Notes under the pieces: generated by a model
What the model saw: only the letters and a program-made list of their open reading frames with translations
Told to the model about the DNA's origin: nothing
The model's database searches: none
Program-made: the position numbers and the translations under genes
Source: Catajapyx aquilonaris
Taxonomy: Eukaryota
Direction: 5' to 3'
NCBI GenBank assembly: GCA_000934665.2
Contig: KZ538193.1
Span: forward strand, 62,001 to 126,000
DNA: 64,000 nucleotides
Shown here: in pieces, positions 13,274 through 26,463 of the stretch
Position numbering within the stretch: the first letter of the stretch is position 1
How the letters are laid out: every line of letters starts with the position of its first letter

Positions 13274-13882
13274 GGGTCATTCCACAAGAAAATTGGCATT
13301 TTGATGAAAAGTGGAAGTTTTTAATGATTCTTTTTTGCTTTTTAAATTCTCATGTCAACCAAAATTTCTGTGTTTCTGAGGAATGACCCTCATGAATGCT
13401 CACTTCCTACCCAATATCTTAATACATTTTAATCCAATGACAAAAATCTCGGGTCACTTAAATATGCTTTGTCCCGTTCGTCACCTATAGATTAATATTA
13501 TCACTGTACCAATCACACGCAACAACTTAATTTTGGAATGAACCTATTTTGTTGATACGTATGATAGTCATCTATATGCAACATACTGAAAAATTTATTT
13601 CAGAAATGTTAAAGAGAACATAGCTTTGCTATTATGTGCTGTGGTACAATTCGTAGTCATTTACATGTCCTGCCCCGTCCATTACCCCGACATTAATGTC
13701 ATTAATTCACCATGTTAAAACATAAATTACCCACATCTGAAGATCTTTCACAAATCTTAACACCATGAGTATGCTGCTGTTGCAATGTTACATAAATTTC
13801 ACAAACACTGATATCTACACAGTGTACATTTTAAAAAGCAAAATCCATTAATTTTGTCCCGTCCGTTACCGTGGAATGACCC
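13274..13882. mobile_element. Non-autonomous DNA transposon with 4-bp TSD (Sola-like)
   Basis: Perfect 12-bp TIR GGGTCATTCCAC...GTGGAATGACCC flanked by identical AACT on both sides (13270-73, 13883-86). Extra internal TIR copy GGAATGACCC at 13380-13389. Confidence 0.8.
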
Positions 13883-16800
13883 AACTTCATTTACAGTATT
13901 GAGACAAATGCACTGTGATTATGATGGTTTCTAAAATCCACTTGTCAGGATGACAATAATACAGTATGATATATGTTGCTATACTTGAGAGAATTGAGAT
14001 CAAACAATGTCAAACCCAGCCTTATTATGTGGTCCAACTTCCTTTCCGTGCACATCAGTATGCGCCCCATCATGTGAACCGCAAAATATTATTCATTCCA
14101 TCCCATGCAATAAACGCAGGGGTCAGACCCATTATTGAGTCACCTCCAGCCCTGTAAGTGTTATTTTTTTGGCGCAAATCCCTGCTGCTAATCAGCATTT
14201 CTTGATAGCAAATTTGGTTGCGGGCGCAGATGCCAACCATGTGAGCCATTATGTGAACCACATAAAAGAGAGGGGTGGTATTCAATCTCGGTGGTTAACA
14301 AGTTCTGCGCATTACACCATCAAGGGAGGAGGAGGGAAAAGCGTTCAGAGTCCCCATTTTCTCTTGGTGTTGCACGATCATAATATAGCAGCATCTGGGG
14401 AGGGTGAAGAGGAGGTGATTCGAAATTCATGAAGGGCGTATGACATGATTTTGCGTTAAGCTTCCGGTAATTTGTCTGCGCCTCTCTCCCATCTCCCAAC
14501 TACATTACCTCTTCATATTGGGGTCAAGTATAATATCACGTCCGGCGCATCCATCGAAGCTTATTTACTTGCAAATTACGCTTTTGGAAATGAAGGGGGA
14601 AAATCACAACGTATTCATAGGAATTGGCTGCAATTAGGTGTTAATTCCTGTCGGGAAGCGGGAGTTAAAGTGGCGGCGGCGTGGCACTTTTTTCGGCGGC
14701 ACAGGGACACGGGAGAGCAGATTTGTGGTCGTTTCATCAGTTGGGCTTAACGCAATTGCACGCCCATTGCTACAGCTTGGGTGCTGACAAATGAGCTGTG
14801 ACACTTTGCGACCCATTACCGGAAAATTTGATTGAGGCGCTAATCGGTTGAAGAGATGTGGTGCGGTGGGGTCCCCCTCTGGAGACAAGGCTCTCCTTCT
14901 ATATAGTATAATGCTTTGTCTCTTGGTTCAATGTTGCTGACTCTGGCCTCTTCCGCAGCATCCTCCTCTGTCATCATCAGGAAGGGTCATGATTGCATTG
15001 ACAAGGTCAGTCCAGGATGCTCTTAACATCTCATCCGGTTTGGGTCCAGGCCACGCCAAAATACGTTTATTAGAAACATTTGAGGGTCTAAGGTCAGGTT
15101 ATATATTCTTCGGAACGAATCCTTCAGAAAACAGGAAATTCAGATTTAGTGAGTCTGTTCACGGCCCGGGTGACCTTGCCCAATGGGAGTAGGACACGAG
15201 GTGAAAATGTTATTTGAAATATGAATTTGGCGTTGCGTTTATGACTGTAACCAGCATTATAGGGTATAGCCTGGTTTTGAAAATGACCTTCTATTGATAA
15301 TACAGAACATTGTGCAACGCTGGCGAATAACCGTTAACAATTTTTTTACTATACCTGTAATCCCAGCCGCTTACAAACTCTGAGCTTTGCCACTTCTTAA
15401 TGTAGTCTACACATAAAAATGCCGCTAATCACACACTTAGGTTATCTAATATCATCTGAACGTGTGACAAGACTAAAAAGCACGTCTGACGGAAAGGACT
15501 TTAGATGTGCGGGGCCCAGGCGTACAGCTCTTACTCGATTAAACCCCCAGTCTTTAATTAACAGGCGCAGAGTGGCTCAATCCAGTTCTTTCTTCAGACA
15601 AATTTTGTCGGGATATAAGGGGGGAAAAAATCTTAAGAAAGAAAAAAAAAACACCTTCCCCCTAGTGGAAAAAGAAGGGGCTCTATAGGCGGGAGAGAGG
15701 TGGAAAGGGAAGAAAACTAATCAGCAACGCAATCTGAAAACCTGCCACCGACTTTGCCCGAGTTGTCAATGCAAGCGAAGCGCTCCCTTAAAAAGCTCGG
15801 ACAGCCATTTTAATTCGTATTAAGCAAATCAATACGAAATACTCCTTAAATTGGCCTAATCGGATCAACATGTCCATCTCCTAATATCTTGCCTCTTGTG
15901 GAAATGGGATTAGAGCGTTACAATTTGGCAGCCTGGAGAGGTTGGAAAGGCAAGCAGAGTTGGGCTGGGGGGGGGGGGGGGGGGNGGGGGGGGGAGGGAG
16001 GTTAAATCCTTATTCCTTGGGACATGCTGCGGCTGCAACACATAATAAAATATTAGGGATTGGAGGCTGGATGCAGCTCACAAAAATGATCCGACATGTA
16101 ATGAATTGGTACATGTTTGGTAATTAAATTGGAGGCTTGCAGATTATCTCTTGCTCACGTCAGGGGTTGGCGTATAATTGATGGCGGACAATTCAATTTC
16201 ATTTGCGGGGAAGCGCTCTACGGACGGATAGAAAAAGATGCGGGTGTAATAGCAAAAAAAATTGTGGTATTGCGCTGTGTTAGTAGAAAGCATAAAGCCT
16301 AATCGATGTCGAGACCATTTAGCAAATTGGCCGAGCCGAATTTGGTGCCACTTTATGATATTGGCATGTTATAATTCATGGGGAGACCTGCTCAATATGT
16401 AACTAACTATGTAATTTGGCAAACTCCCGGGCTGGTTTATTATAGTTGGCGCTTTCTGGGATAGCCAACAGGGTTGCCCAAAAGTTGAGTGCTCACTTCC
16501 AATAACAATGTATGAAATGTTGATACACTGCCTTATAGTATAGGCCTATACAGTAAGTCTATGAATTGCCTAGTGTCCTTCGTTCATGAAGAAAAAGTCA
16601 TTATTTTGAATTATTGTTTATATCGACTTTTCAAATAGTAGGCGTACTCAATGGTGGGTTTGAATTTTTAATTCCATGATCTTCAAAGTTCTAAGAGAAT
16701 TTTTTTCGTCATTTGAGGAATAAGATTTGTTTTCTGTTTACTCTGAAAGGGATTATGCTGCGTATGTGTTATTTCAAATGCAGTAATATTGAGAAAATGT

Positions 16801-17962
16801 TGCGGAAAATATTTGGAAAGATTGTGTTCCCAAATATCAACAATTGCAAGCATGTGTGTTGATTATTGTCGTCAGTCTTCCGTGATATTTAAAGTACTCT
16901 TCACGCAGTACGTATCAGTGCGGACTTGGGGGAAATTCGTCACAGAGTATTATGTTTCATGGTGCAGTCTGTAGTTAATACAAACTGCATTGTGTTTTGT
17001 GGTACATGATTGTCTGGTTTTAATTAATTCTTCATTTTGCATTGTTTAACCTTACCTGGTGCCCCCCATCCCACTGTTGAAATTTGTCGAATCCCTAGCC
17101 TGCCAATTTTGTAATAATGGACGAGACTAGAGATTGCACAAATCCGGGGGTTGCTTTTATGAATGAATAGGTAATTAGTCCAGATGTCGAATGCTAACTG
17201 TTGCCCCGTTTAATGAAAGCCCCGCCGCCGCAGACGAATTTGATGTTTTGCAGCCGAATCGCGGTTAATTATTTTAATTAAATGAAAATGAGAGGCCGCG
17301 GCTGGCGTCTGCTGCAGCAGCCGAGGGAATACAATAGTTTGGGCAAACCAGGCAGAGAGAGCAGCTTTGAGAGAAACTGGAAAATACTCGGATCCCGCAA
17401 TCAGTCCGGAATTGCCTCGCTTAACTAAATAAAACCTCTGCAACTTTGCTGCCGGTTTCTATTTGCGATCTCAGCCCCCTTAAAAAATAGAAGGAAGCTT
17501 CAACAAGAAGCTTCTTTTCAAAAAATTGGAGCATTATGTACACACGCTTAGCAGTAAGGACCGGTTGCATCATCTCAAATTAAGGAGTAAATCTCCACTC
17601 AAATTATATGTATTTTTCATTTATGAATTCAACTTTTCCGCATATATTTTTCCTAGCGCATATTTGGGAAAATGGCATCGTTTTTGGGGAAAAGAAATGA
17701 TTACTATGAAGAAATGTTTAAAGTAATTGGAAAATTAACCTTTTCCACCTGTTTTATTGCTACCTATGTAATATTAACTTACATGAAAATACTACCGGTA
17801 TGTGAAAATATATGCAACAATAGGCCTGTATGTCAAAAATAGTGCTGTTCTATGTCAAAATAGGCCGATGTGTCAAAAGATGAAAAGTATGAAAATATGA
17901 AAATATGTAAAATACATGGCAAAGTGTGAATAATATGCCAAATGAACGGCATGTGAAGAATA

Positions 17963-18040
17963 TGTCAAAATATACTGTCAAAATATACTGTCAAAATATA
18001 CTGTCAAAATATACTGTCAAAATATACTGTCAAAATACAT
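17963..18040. repeat. 13-bp minisatellite (TGTCAAAATATAC)n
   Basis: Five perfect units from 17963 plus a degenerate sixth; looser units extend from about 17780 to 18075. Confidence 0.92.
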
Positions 18041-21000
18041 GTCACATATATGTCAAAATGTGTAACGATTTCATGTGCGAAAATAATCGAAAATTGCAGC
18101 CCCTTTAAGCGTACATTAGAATTAAATAAGTGGAATAAAAAATGCTCAATTTGTTCCCACTTATTCAAGTGCAAATTGACCGAGAGTGTACTTGTAAAGT
18201 GGCAAAAAGTTGTGAGGGCAATTCCCCAAAGTGGGTAGGGGGGGACTTGCTGAGAGTATAAAGTTGAAGAACAAGGGTCGCATTTTGGTCCCCGCCGCCA
18301 GTTGGTTCAGGGCTTTTCTGCGACTCTGGGCCTCCGAATGAAATCAATTCAAGCAGTGGAACCCAATGCTGAGTAACAAAATTGCCTTCGATCTGAAAAG
18401 CCCTTCCCTCCCTCAGCCTCCATCCCCGACCATTTTCGGGGGCTGCTGCTGGGTCCGAGTTGCTGAAGGGTCCCCGCTGCTTGGGTCTGACAAACGGCGG
18501 TGAAAGCTGCAAATTATCGTAATAGGAAATGGACGAACCAATTTGTAGTTATACAACGCCTGGTGCGATTAACTCAGGAGTGCTGGGGATTGGCTGGTCC
18601 GGAGGCCCCCCAGGCGAGAAAAGCCTCTGAAAAGTTCCTTATTGACGTGGATATAGAAAAAAAAGAGAGGAGGTAGAGGGAGGGAGAAAATATCTGCCAT
18701 CAACATTGATTTTATTCCAAAATAATTTCCAGTCATTCAAGCGCTGGTAATTCCATCTAGTCAGGGTCCCCATTCAAAAAGGGAAGAGCATTTTTGCTAG
18801 AGGGGGTCTGGGTAAAGATATTACAGCAATATCATCATTGAGCGTCATTAGCCCTTCGGAGTTGAGAAGAAAGAAGAAAAAAAATGAATGGCGATCGAGC
18901 TCTCTTAGCTTTTGCTGCTGACTTCATTTGCTGCCATTTCGAAGCATCGAGAGAGTGCTGCTTTGTAGTTTGCTCATTTCATCAGAAATCGCTTGTGACC
19001 AGACTTCACGCTCCATTGGAATTTTTTGATTCAATCAGCGCAATCCATATACTCATTTGCGACGCTTTTCTTTACACGGTTCGGCAACAATTTTTGATGG
19101 TTAAAATTTTGCGATTGTTACTATATATAGGGTTCAGCTATAGCATGATGAGAGAGAGCTGCTGGAGAGAGGCCCGCCCCTTTCAGTATTCCTGCCATCG
19201 CCATGCATTGATGACACAAAGTTTAATTAGCGAGGTTTGCAGCGCTCTGTGAACCGGGGGATTAGTGGTATCCGCCAATAATAGGGACCTTATGGGAAAT
19301 CCCAAATTGTAATTAAATTTTTGAAGCCGGTATATATTCGACTATAGCAGGAAAGGCCTTGGGGCCCTCTGGGGGATGAAATCGGCTGTTTCATATCCTA
19401 CGCCTGATCACCCATCATATCACCTGGTCACTGGAAATTAATAAAAACCTGTTCTTTCGTGTATGTTCCGACTTGGCGACATTTTCTTTCAAGGTGGAAA
19501 CGTGACATGGCCGTTTCTCGTCTCCAAGTCGGAGCATTGCTGGTTTTTGAAGCCGTACTGAGCAGGTGATGCACGTTAGTCTGTGGGGTAGATCTCATCA
19601 TCATCATCAGAGCTAGGCGTCTGCGAGCAGCCCCAGGGTTTGTAGGAGGACGTCAGGCAGCATCCCTTCCGCCGACCGCTCCGTTTAATCAAGTAATCCG
19701 GCGGTAATGACAGGGCCGATGAGGCAGGCCATATTGATTCAGCGGCGTCCGGGGACCCCCGTCGCAAATTCTCATGGAAATCTGGGGGATTAATCACGGG
19801 GGTCACTCCAGTCGTTTGTGGAAGGCAGCGTCCGAATCATTAGCCGGCTCCGGACAAAGGAGGACTTACCCCCCTCCAAACAAACTCTAGGGGAAAAATT
19901 GAAAGACCCTTCCCCGCAAAAACTGTTTCCTAACAGTAACAAACCCCTCTTTTCGATGGGTTCCTTTTCAAGCACCCTCCTCCCCCCGGATGGATTCGGA
20001 GGTGTGATAATGATAAGGTTTGAGGTGTGAAAATCCGGATAATCTCCCTCTCTTGCTCTCTCCATACTTTTCTTTCTAGGTCTATGCTCGGTCAGTGCAC
20101 AAAGAGCTCGTCATTGTGTAACATCTTTTGAGGCCTTTCAGGGAAATTAAGCCCCGCTAGTTTTGCAAACAAAATTATCCTTCCCGAGTCTTTTGCTTGC
20201 AAAAGAAGAAGAGGGAAAAGAGAATGGGCGGCGGCAAAGAGACTGGAAAAAGAGAGACCCGGTGATGAGAGATCGCCCTTTGTGCGCATTCTCTCCGCTT
20301 GTTTCCTTTTACAAAACCACGGCCACAATTCAGCAGAATGGAGGATAAAGGTACAGAAGGAAGCACGTGCTTGTGGTTGGAGACTGATCCGCGCGTTTCT
20401 CCGGATGCAAGTCAAGACGCTTTTCATCTGCGGCTACACTGTATCGGGTTCGGTTTATGGTTACATCCGCCAGGTGTCAGCCGGACATGGCGTCCCAGCA
20501 GTCCCATGCAAATCCAAAAGCATTTGTTGTGGTCACCGCGCTTTTTTTTGCGTGTGTGTAAAATATATAATTTTGAGAGTACGCGTCTGTTGGTGCAGTA
20601 ATGAGTTGGGGGCATTAGCATTTTCCATTGTGAGTCCCTAAATCCGGCTCTAAACTTGGTGATTAGCGAGCCGAGCAGTCCCATTTAACGGGCCATGGTT
20701 TGCCGAATCCTAATTATGTTCTGGGAACACGGTGCCGTGGAAATTCTCTTTTCCTAGCTGCGCTTTAGCTCTTGATTTCGGGAGGCCTAGGGCCGCGAGG
20801 GCTGGAGCCATAGCCCCCCCCCCCCCCACTCTCCTCCCCCCATCTCCCCCCTTTTATAGGCCTGCCGTGCATGGGGCCATTGATTGTCTATTGCCAGGCT
20901 GTAATGCGACAAACTGAGGCCTCTACACCTAACCAATTTGGCGCTTTTTCAGGGCAAATCCGTTTAAAACAATTGCGTTAAGAGAGAATATGAGGAAAAT

Positions 21001-23494
21001 GGGTGATGTGAATTACCATTCATTTCCCCGGAAGCTTTCATTCGCTGATGATAAACAAATCATTGTGTAACGGGCAGTTATGTACGGCCCGTAAAACAAA
21101 TTTCCGCCTGGTGAAGCTGTCGGAGCTTCATGCAATTTCCATATCCTGAAACACAGTTTTCGCTCAATACACCGTATATAGCAACATCCCAGCAGCAGCA
21201 GCAGCAGCGAGCTGCCTCGTCGGATCTCCTATAAAAAGACGAGATGAAAATTAACTGAATCCCCCCCAAGAACTGAAAGGTGATATTTTTAAAACGAAAT
21301 TGCTATGCAGCGCAGACGATTCAATTTCGCGAATTGTCAGCTCTCAGTGACAACGCGACACCCGACACCTGCAAACTACAGTGTATCAATTATTATGAGG
21401 TGTAGAGTCTCCAGGGTCGTTTTTTTTTTTTTGCGTGAAAGCGAGACAACTGTGATTTTCGACACCTCAGCTGGCAGAATATTAGGGGGGACCAGTGTGT
21501 GAGTGAGTTGCCAGGTGTTTTTCCAAAAGTGATTGTGGTGACAGGCCTCCCGACCGCAGCCCATCACCAACTTTTCAAAGTCGCGGAATTTTCAAAACGG
21601 CCGCCTCCTGGCCCGGACGTGTGGTCAACACCTTTATGAGACCAAACGAGCTAATGAAATGGTAGCGCATGCAAATTCCCGTCGGATTTCGTGTCACTCT
21701 GAGGTTTTCTGGTTCCCATAACAGTTTCGTGGTCCTTTCCCTAGCTCAACATTTTGTTGTTGTTGTTGTTGTCGGTGGCAGTTTGGGGCTGCTGGGGAGA
21801 GAGAAAAAATTATGTCAGATTCAACACGTTATACTGACTGCGTGACCTGAAATTAGTTTATAAGCAAATGCTAGTTACATCAGTGCTGCTTATTCAATAT
21901 AGCCTCGGACGTATAGGTTGAGCTAAATTACTTGCTGTGACATCCAGTTCACTATATATCACTATTTCCGAGTATTTTCCACCAGATTTTACTTGCCGAG
22001 TTACATTGCACTTTTGGTGAATATTTCAATATTGCTGCAGCCAAGCAGGAAGTTACCTAATATGCCATGAGTTATGCAATGTTCGTTCCCTGCACAGATA
22101 TTCCTGGCTTGAACGCAGAATTTTTGTTATTGAATTTCCTCACCAACTCTTTCATCGGGGGATTTCTGCAATTACATTACTAAGGGCTTAATTAGGGGAG
22201 TAAATGAAAATGTGCGAAGGTAACGAGATGCTACCGGCTCTGGAAAGTGAAAAGAAAGATTTTTCTGTCTGTTTCTCTACCTCTTTTCTTCTTCTCATCG
22301 AGTGCCTTCCTTCGTCTCCACTTATTCATTAGAGCCCTCCAGTCCTTCATTAAAATTCTGAGGAAGGAAGATAACGGAAATAAAGTTTTTATTGAATCAT
22401 AGCACAAAGCATACCGGTTGGAGGAATTTTAAAAAATCGGTTGAAGGAGTTTCATTACCGGTGAATAACTTCATTTGTCTTCTAATCGAATCTAATGTTT
22501 AATTGACGTCTTTAACCCCTTGAAAATATCCTGTCACAGGAACGTAATTTTGAGGGCAGACGGAGAAGTTTCGTTAGTCCAAAGGAAATTCATTTTCCAG
22601 GTAGGGAAAATGTCAGACCGCAATAAAGTCCTGAGGTTTTTTTGGTGCGGATATAGACCTCACTGGAGGATTATTCTCTCGATTTACTTTATTTCAACGC
22701 CGACATCTGACCCCGTTGCTTGACGTGCTTTTCATTCCTGGTCACGTTCATTCCGTTCCGCTTCACGCACCTCGACATATGTCGCGCAGTTGTGGTCTTT
22801 GTCGCCTGAGTCGCGATCAATAGCAACCGCAATGATATCAATCTGATTAATTACACGGTGTACGCCACTTCTCTAAAGTAGGCCATAATTTTTTATACTT
22901 TATTTTCAGTGTAATTGCTGGCAGTCACAAAATAAGTATACATATTTATCCTCCCTAATCACACCCATCACGCGACTCGATAATAATTGATTGCTCGTAG
23001 GTAATTATATAGCTTACAAGATAAAATAACTGCAATATTCTATAAAATTGTGTCTGACCTGAACGTATACACTCGATGACATTGTCTGTTAAACTATAAT
23101 CCGGTTTCATAATACGGACGGTGGTAATCTATGTGATGCGCGCAGAATAACTATTTTACTTGGCAAAAGTTAATGAAAATTTCCGCCGATTACAGTTGTT
23201 GACTCATGAACACTATCAGATTCGGCGCGCTCTCGGTAAGCCGAGCATATCATCTGGATTATTTTGTGTACAGTATACAATGAAACTGTGCGTGGCACAA
23301 TATCAGTGGACAAAATTACTAAATCCTCGCTATTGGATCTGAACCATTGCATTCACTGCGAACAAAATATATTTTGTGTAGGTGGTAGGGGTGGTAGGCT
23401 ACACGCCACTGTGAAAGTCGCATGTCTTATTAATGCATAAAATATTTACTGTTTACTTGATGAAGTTTATAACCTAAAATTGGCCAAATTTACT

Positions 23495-23964
23495 TGTGAT
23501 GGCGTGATTGACCATTGTGCACTATTGTTGTCCTACTGTCAACATGGCAAGTGACAAACTCATCTGTTGTCTCCAGAATGAGTTACCAACTGTCTCACCA
23601 GAGCTGCATTGCCTGGCTGCCGGGCTTACATTTCCAGGCGGCAGATAGCAGTAGAAGGCAGTGTGATGAGGGGCGGGCGGTCCCTACTTCCTCCGGCCCT
23701 CCATGGACGAGGGGGGCCGAGACCTGTTTTTGGCTCGTACCAAGCACAGGAGCCCAGGCCAATGTGCGTAGTAAACCCGAGGCCAGGAAGTCTGCGGAAC
23801 ACCCATCAGGTGGGGCAGGGGCTGGGCTTGCACTGCTGAACTTCAGCGCTGTGAGCGGCATAGGAACAAACTCGGTTCTGGCGTAGATAAAACCGCTCGT
23901 TCTTGTGAGATATACACTGATGCAGATACACAGCCTACAACTTGGCTACTTGCCTGGAAACACA
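23495..23964. mobile_element. Possible solo LTR or other inserted repeat
   Basis: ~470-bp relatively GC-rich segment in AT-rich DNA, bounded by TGTG...CACA. Flanks TACT/TAGA do not form a clean TSD. Confidence 0.3.
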
Positions 23965-24260
23965 TAGAAATGACGGTTTTTCGCCATATTTTGGTACAGT
24001 AGGCTACATAGTACTGACCGTAATGATTCAGTAAAATATGGAGGTTTTGAGAAGTGAAGCGTAGGTCTCAAAGTCTCTCAATCAAATGAAACTGAAGTAG
24101 GCTATTCATTCAAATCTGATTAAAGCCACATGCAATCTACCAGTTCTTAAAAGATATCGATGACACTATTTTTGTTACACAAAAAATTAATGGGACTGAC
24201 ATGTAGCCTAGAGCATGTGAAGGGTTTGTGAATGTCCAATATTTTAGACAAACATACTAA

Positions 24261-24836
24261 CCGTAAAACTTCTTTAAGTCGAACTTCCATAAGTCGAAGT
24301 TCTCTATAAGTCGAATAAAATGATGAGCCTGGTTGGTCACAATGTAAAATAATAGGAAATAAGCTTCCCTAACTCGAATTTCTATAACTCGAAGTGCAGG
24401 CAGGGCCTTACGATGGGATATCAATGCATTTTCAGTCTCTCTAAGTCGAAGTTCATGTTGGCGAGGACGGATTTTTTTTTTCATTTCCCAGCCGAAGGGT
24501 ACAGAGTAGGCCACATGTACAGAAAGGCTCAATTTCCTGATCTCCGTCTACCAGACGTACTGAAAGAAGTGTTTGACTCGATTGTGACAATATTGAATCC
24601 TTGAATCGAAGAGTACGCAAATGGGCCATAACTTGCAATAAATCAACGAGGAACATTGTAAGTGTGATAGTGACAGTAATTTTTAAGTTTTGAACCACTT
24701 TTGTCGCTGGATATAAAGGTAGGCATCCTTATAGAGTTATGTGTTTAAAAAATCCCAAACTTCTCTCATTCGAATCTTCTATAACTCGAAGTTTTTCCCC
24801 GGTCTCATGGAGATTCGACTTATAGAAGTTTTACTG
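24261..24836. mobile_element. pogo/Tigger-like MITE
   Basis: 23-bp TIR CCGTAAAACTTCTTTAAGTCGAA / TTCGACTTATAGAAGTTTTACTG, followed by TA on the right. Repeated subterminal TAAGTCGAA/TAACTCGAA motifs. Confidence 0.8.
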
Positions 24837-25146
24837 TATATTGATAGATTGGTAATATTATGTGATCGTGCAGAAAAAATATTTTAATTTCTGAAAAGCA
24901 TTTGGAACTATTCACGTTGAGTAATTTTCACAATTATAATAAGCCTCGAGGTGATCTTCTGCACAGCACATCAACACATAAAAATACACTTGCTATGTGC
25001 TTCTCAGATTTATCCACAATTTATTATAATCTGAACCTTGCGACTGTGTTGAGCCTCACATCAACAATAACTTTGTGCAAGGCATGAATATGTTAAGTAG
25101 TTAAATATATAGGTACCGGTATGCTATTACTTTATTATGCATTATA

Positions 25147-25394
25147 CAGTTCACTCCGGATATAGGCTAACAGCCTCGGCTAAAACAGATTCTCGGATTT
25201 AGCATATAAATAGGCCTATAGGCTTACACGAAAGGCTGTTCCCGCAATACGAGTACTTCCATATAATTATCCATATCCAAATTCATATAATTATTGACTA
25301 TGTGGGCTATATTTGGTTATAACAGACTTCGGTTATAACATAGGCCTACTGATTTCCGCGGTCCCTTCAAGTCTGTTATATCAGGAGTCTACTG
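25147..25394. mobile_element. pogo/Tigger-like MITE
   Basis: TA|CAGTTCACTCCGGATATA...TATATCAGGAGTCTACTG, an imperfect 18-bp TIR; internal GGTTATAACA repeats; related to 41389-41598. Confidence 0.7.
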
Positions 25395-25586
25395 AATATC
25401 GTAAAGGATATCCAGAGAGGTATTTAATTATGCATGTCAATAGAATCGATGTAATGATTTAAGGCTTTTATGTGATAATTTTGAGAATTAAATGAGTAAA
25501 AACGGATTATAACGCACTTTATGGGGAATTTTAGTACAGCACAGAGTTAAAAAACTCATGATACGCAAGAGAATCATACAATAATT

Positions 25587-26463
25587 GAAGGGTTTGGGTG
25601 CAAAAAGCAGATGTCCACTTTTGTTACTTTCAAGAAGACAAAGAAAAACTGGATGACCAGTTAATTTTCAAAGGGTTTTTCTTGAGGTTTTTAATGATTT
25701 TTTTTGTTTAATAGTGGGATACCAAAGTCTGTAATGAACTGTTAGTGCAAAGCACACTTCCGTATGGTATTCATATAGGTACAGGAACTGAAAGAAAATT
25801 ACAGCCCATCCATTATTTGGAGAAATATACAGGGTGTATCTGAACTCAGTGCCCCGACGTATATGACTGCCTTCCTAGCCACCAGAGGATCGATTTAAGT
25901 ATAGGAGTCATTATGTTTGGCCGCCGCATTACTGAGATAATAGGCCGCAAACATGTAGTATAAAATATCCTGTCGGTTAGGCCACCCATCGAACCCTCCC
26001 CCAGTCAGAAGGCTCTGGAAGGTCTGGGGGCCGGACTTTGTTGGTTTGTTGCCCACAGGTGGTAAGGCCTCTTTGGCTAGCTACACCAGATAATTCTATT
26101 TAAAAGTCAGAAGGAGCGATTAGGCAAAAATCGCTAAAGAGTGTATCTCAGACCTCAGTAATGAGGCTGCCCAGACATAATGACTCCTCTACATAAGTTG
26201 ATCCTCTGGTGGCTAGGAAGGCAGTCATATACGTCGGGGCACTGAGTTCAGATACACCCTGGTATACGATACCGGTATATTTTCCGAATGTCCTCATATG
26301 AGGAAATTAAGTTGCTAGATGCCATATGCTCTCAATGGAAGGTGTGACAGAGTCTGATTTTTGAACCAAAATACCCAGAATGGTCCCAGCAAGATGGCAG
26401 AAACACCCATAACTCATTTTCGGTCAAAAGTGGACTTATCCTGTTTTATGCACTAAACCCTTC
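25587..26463. mobile_element. Outer MITE with AATT TSD (Sola1-like), interrupted by a nested MITE
   Basis: AATT|GAAGGGTTTGGGTGCAAAAAGCAG..TCCACTTTTG ... CAAAAGTGGA..CTGTTTTATGCACTAAACCCTTC|AATT. A 4-bp AWWT TSD is characteristic of Sola1; AATT is palindromic, so the exact TIR/TSD boundary is uncertain. Confidence 0.75.
25830..26261. mobile_element. Tc1/mariner-type MITE with ~105-bp TIRs, copy 1 (nested)
   Basis: TA|CAGGGTGTATCTGAACTCAGTGCCCCGACGTATATGACTGCC...GGCAGTCATATACGTCGGGGCACTGAGTTCAGATACACCCTG; highly similar to 46913-47330. Confidence 0.93.

Noticed and set aside
15967..16000. Long poly-G tract (also 44289-44318) as a functional element
   Set aside because: Both contain an N (15985, 44312), so length and sequence are unreliable.
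17926..18108. ORF with repeated SKYTVKIYCQN
   Set aside because: Translation of the 13-bp minisatellite.
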